DNA from: Wolbachia endosymbiont strain TRS of Brugia malayi
GTDB taxonomy: Bacteria > Pseudomonadota > Alphaproteobacteria > Rickettsiales > Anaplasmataceae
Direction of reading: 5' to 3'
NCBI RefSeq assembly: GCF_000008385.1
Contig: NC_006833.1
Span: 210,001-242,000 of the forward strand
DNA: 32,000 nt
This document shows, one piece after another, positions 31,051 to 32,000 of the stretch; the first letter of the stretch is position 1, and each line of letters begins with the position of its first letter. Below the pieces are notes generated by a model that saw only the letters and a list, made by a program, of their open reading frames with translations, was not told the origin of the DNA and ran no database searches. A program made the position numbers and the translations under genes.

Positions 31051-31932
31051 ATGGCAGTTAGGCTCATTCCAGACAATCTCAATATTAAATTTAGTAAATA
31101 TAGAAAATTGACTGCATTAATTAGCATTATTCTTGTCATTTTTTCACTTTTTATTGTCGTGTTACGTGGAGTGAATTTAGGCATAGACTTCACAGGTGGA
31201 ATTTTGATGGAAATAAAATCTTCAAGCGAAGACCATGCTGTCCTTAATATATTGAAAGAAAATGGTTTTACGATACAGAGTTCAAAGGCTGGTAATAATT
31301 TAGTCATGTATTTTAGAGAGGAAGGAAATGAAGGTAAAATTAAGAAGATCAAAAGTGTACTGGAAGAAAAGCTGGGTAGCTCAATAAGCTACCGTAAAAT
31401 AGACTATATTGGCCCACGAATAAGTTCAACACAGATACTTGAAGGAATCTTGTCCATGTTTATTGCAATTGTTGGAATATTTTTTTATGTTTGGTTTAGA
31501 TTTAATTGGCAATGTGGATTTGGTGGAACAATAGCACTAATTCATGACGTGATTTTAACTGTTGGTTTTGTCAGCCTGACTGGTATTAAATTTAATATTT
31601 CATCGGTTGCAGCTCTCCTTACTGTGATTGGTTATTCAATCAATAATTCAGTAGTTATATACGATCGGATTCGAGAATATCAAAAGAGTGGTAAAAATAG
31701 GCAGATGAGTGATATAGTAGATGCAAGTATTAATGTTACATTGTTTCGCACTGTCTTAACCTCAGGTACAACCCTTCTTGCTACTATTCCTTTGACATTA
31801 ATTTGTACAGATACAGTCAGGGACTTTAGCTTGATCATCTTTTTTGGTATTTTAATTGGCACTTGTTCTGCAATATTTATCTCTGCTCCTATATTAACCT
31901 GTAAAGTCTTAATAAGTAGAATTGCAGTATAA
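31051..31932 (+). CDS. secF: Protein translocase subunit SecF
   Basis: 293-aa membrane ORF: [69 protein letters not shown]. Confidence 0.96.
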   Translation: MAVRLIPDNLNIKFSKYRKLTALISIILVIFSLFIVVLRGVNLGIDFTGGILMEIKSSSEDHAVLNILKENGFTIQSSKAGNNLVMYFREEGNEGKIKKIKSVLEEKLGSSISYRKIDYIGPRISSTQILEGILSMFIAIVGIFFYVWFRFNWQCGFGGTIALIHDVILTVGFVSLTGIKFNISSVAALLTVIGYSINNSVVIYDRIREYQKSGKNRQMSDIVDASINVTLFRTVLTSGTTLLATIPLTLICTDTVRDFSLIIFFGILIGTCSAIFISAPILTCKVLISRIAV

Positions 31933-32000
31933 TATCAGCTTATTACCTCTTATAGTAAAATGAAAATATTTTAAAAAACTCATTCCAAGCAGTGAATGAG

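Noticed and set aside
1-32000. CRISPR array, tRNA or rRNA genes
   Set aside because: No regularly spaced short direct repeats and no tRNA- or rRNA-like sequence recognised by eye; tRNAscan-SE and Infernal would be needed to confirm.

Overview
This AT-rich window looks like a Wolbachia chromosome segment (inferred from gene content and sequence style; no database search was run). The intact genes are mostly housekeeping: an MHS/ProP-like MFS transporter, tadA, pyrG, secG, addA, ispE, a Mth938-like small protein, znuB-like permease, holA, dapB, pstB, dxr, clpB, NAD-specific glutamate dehydrogenase, a TatA/B-like protein, a PleD-type diguanylate cyclase and secF. Between them are decayed accessory genes: an HK97-type prohead protease, an Rpn/PD-(D/E)XK nuclease-transposase, RadC, a RelBE-like toxin-antitoxin pair, a Fic protein and an XRE regulator. 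The most notable signals are (1) three hairpin-forming palindromic inserts that appear to be carried in frame inside addA, (2) a degenerate intergenic repeat family of about 300-500 bp with four copies at about 0.5, 6.85, 18.05 and 29.7 kb, (3) an out-of-frame 41-nt overlap between the tatB-like gene and pleD, and (4) a His/Asp-rich protein of unknown function. I found no CRISPR array, no tRNA or rRNA gene, and no convincing intact novel defence or secretion system.
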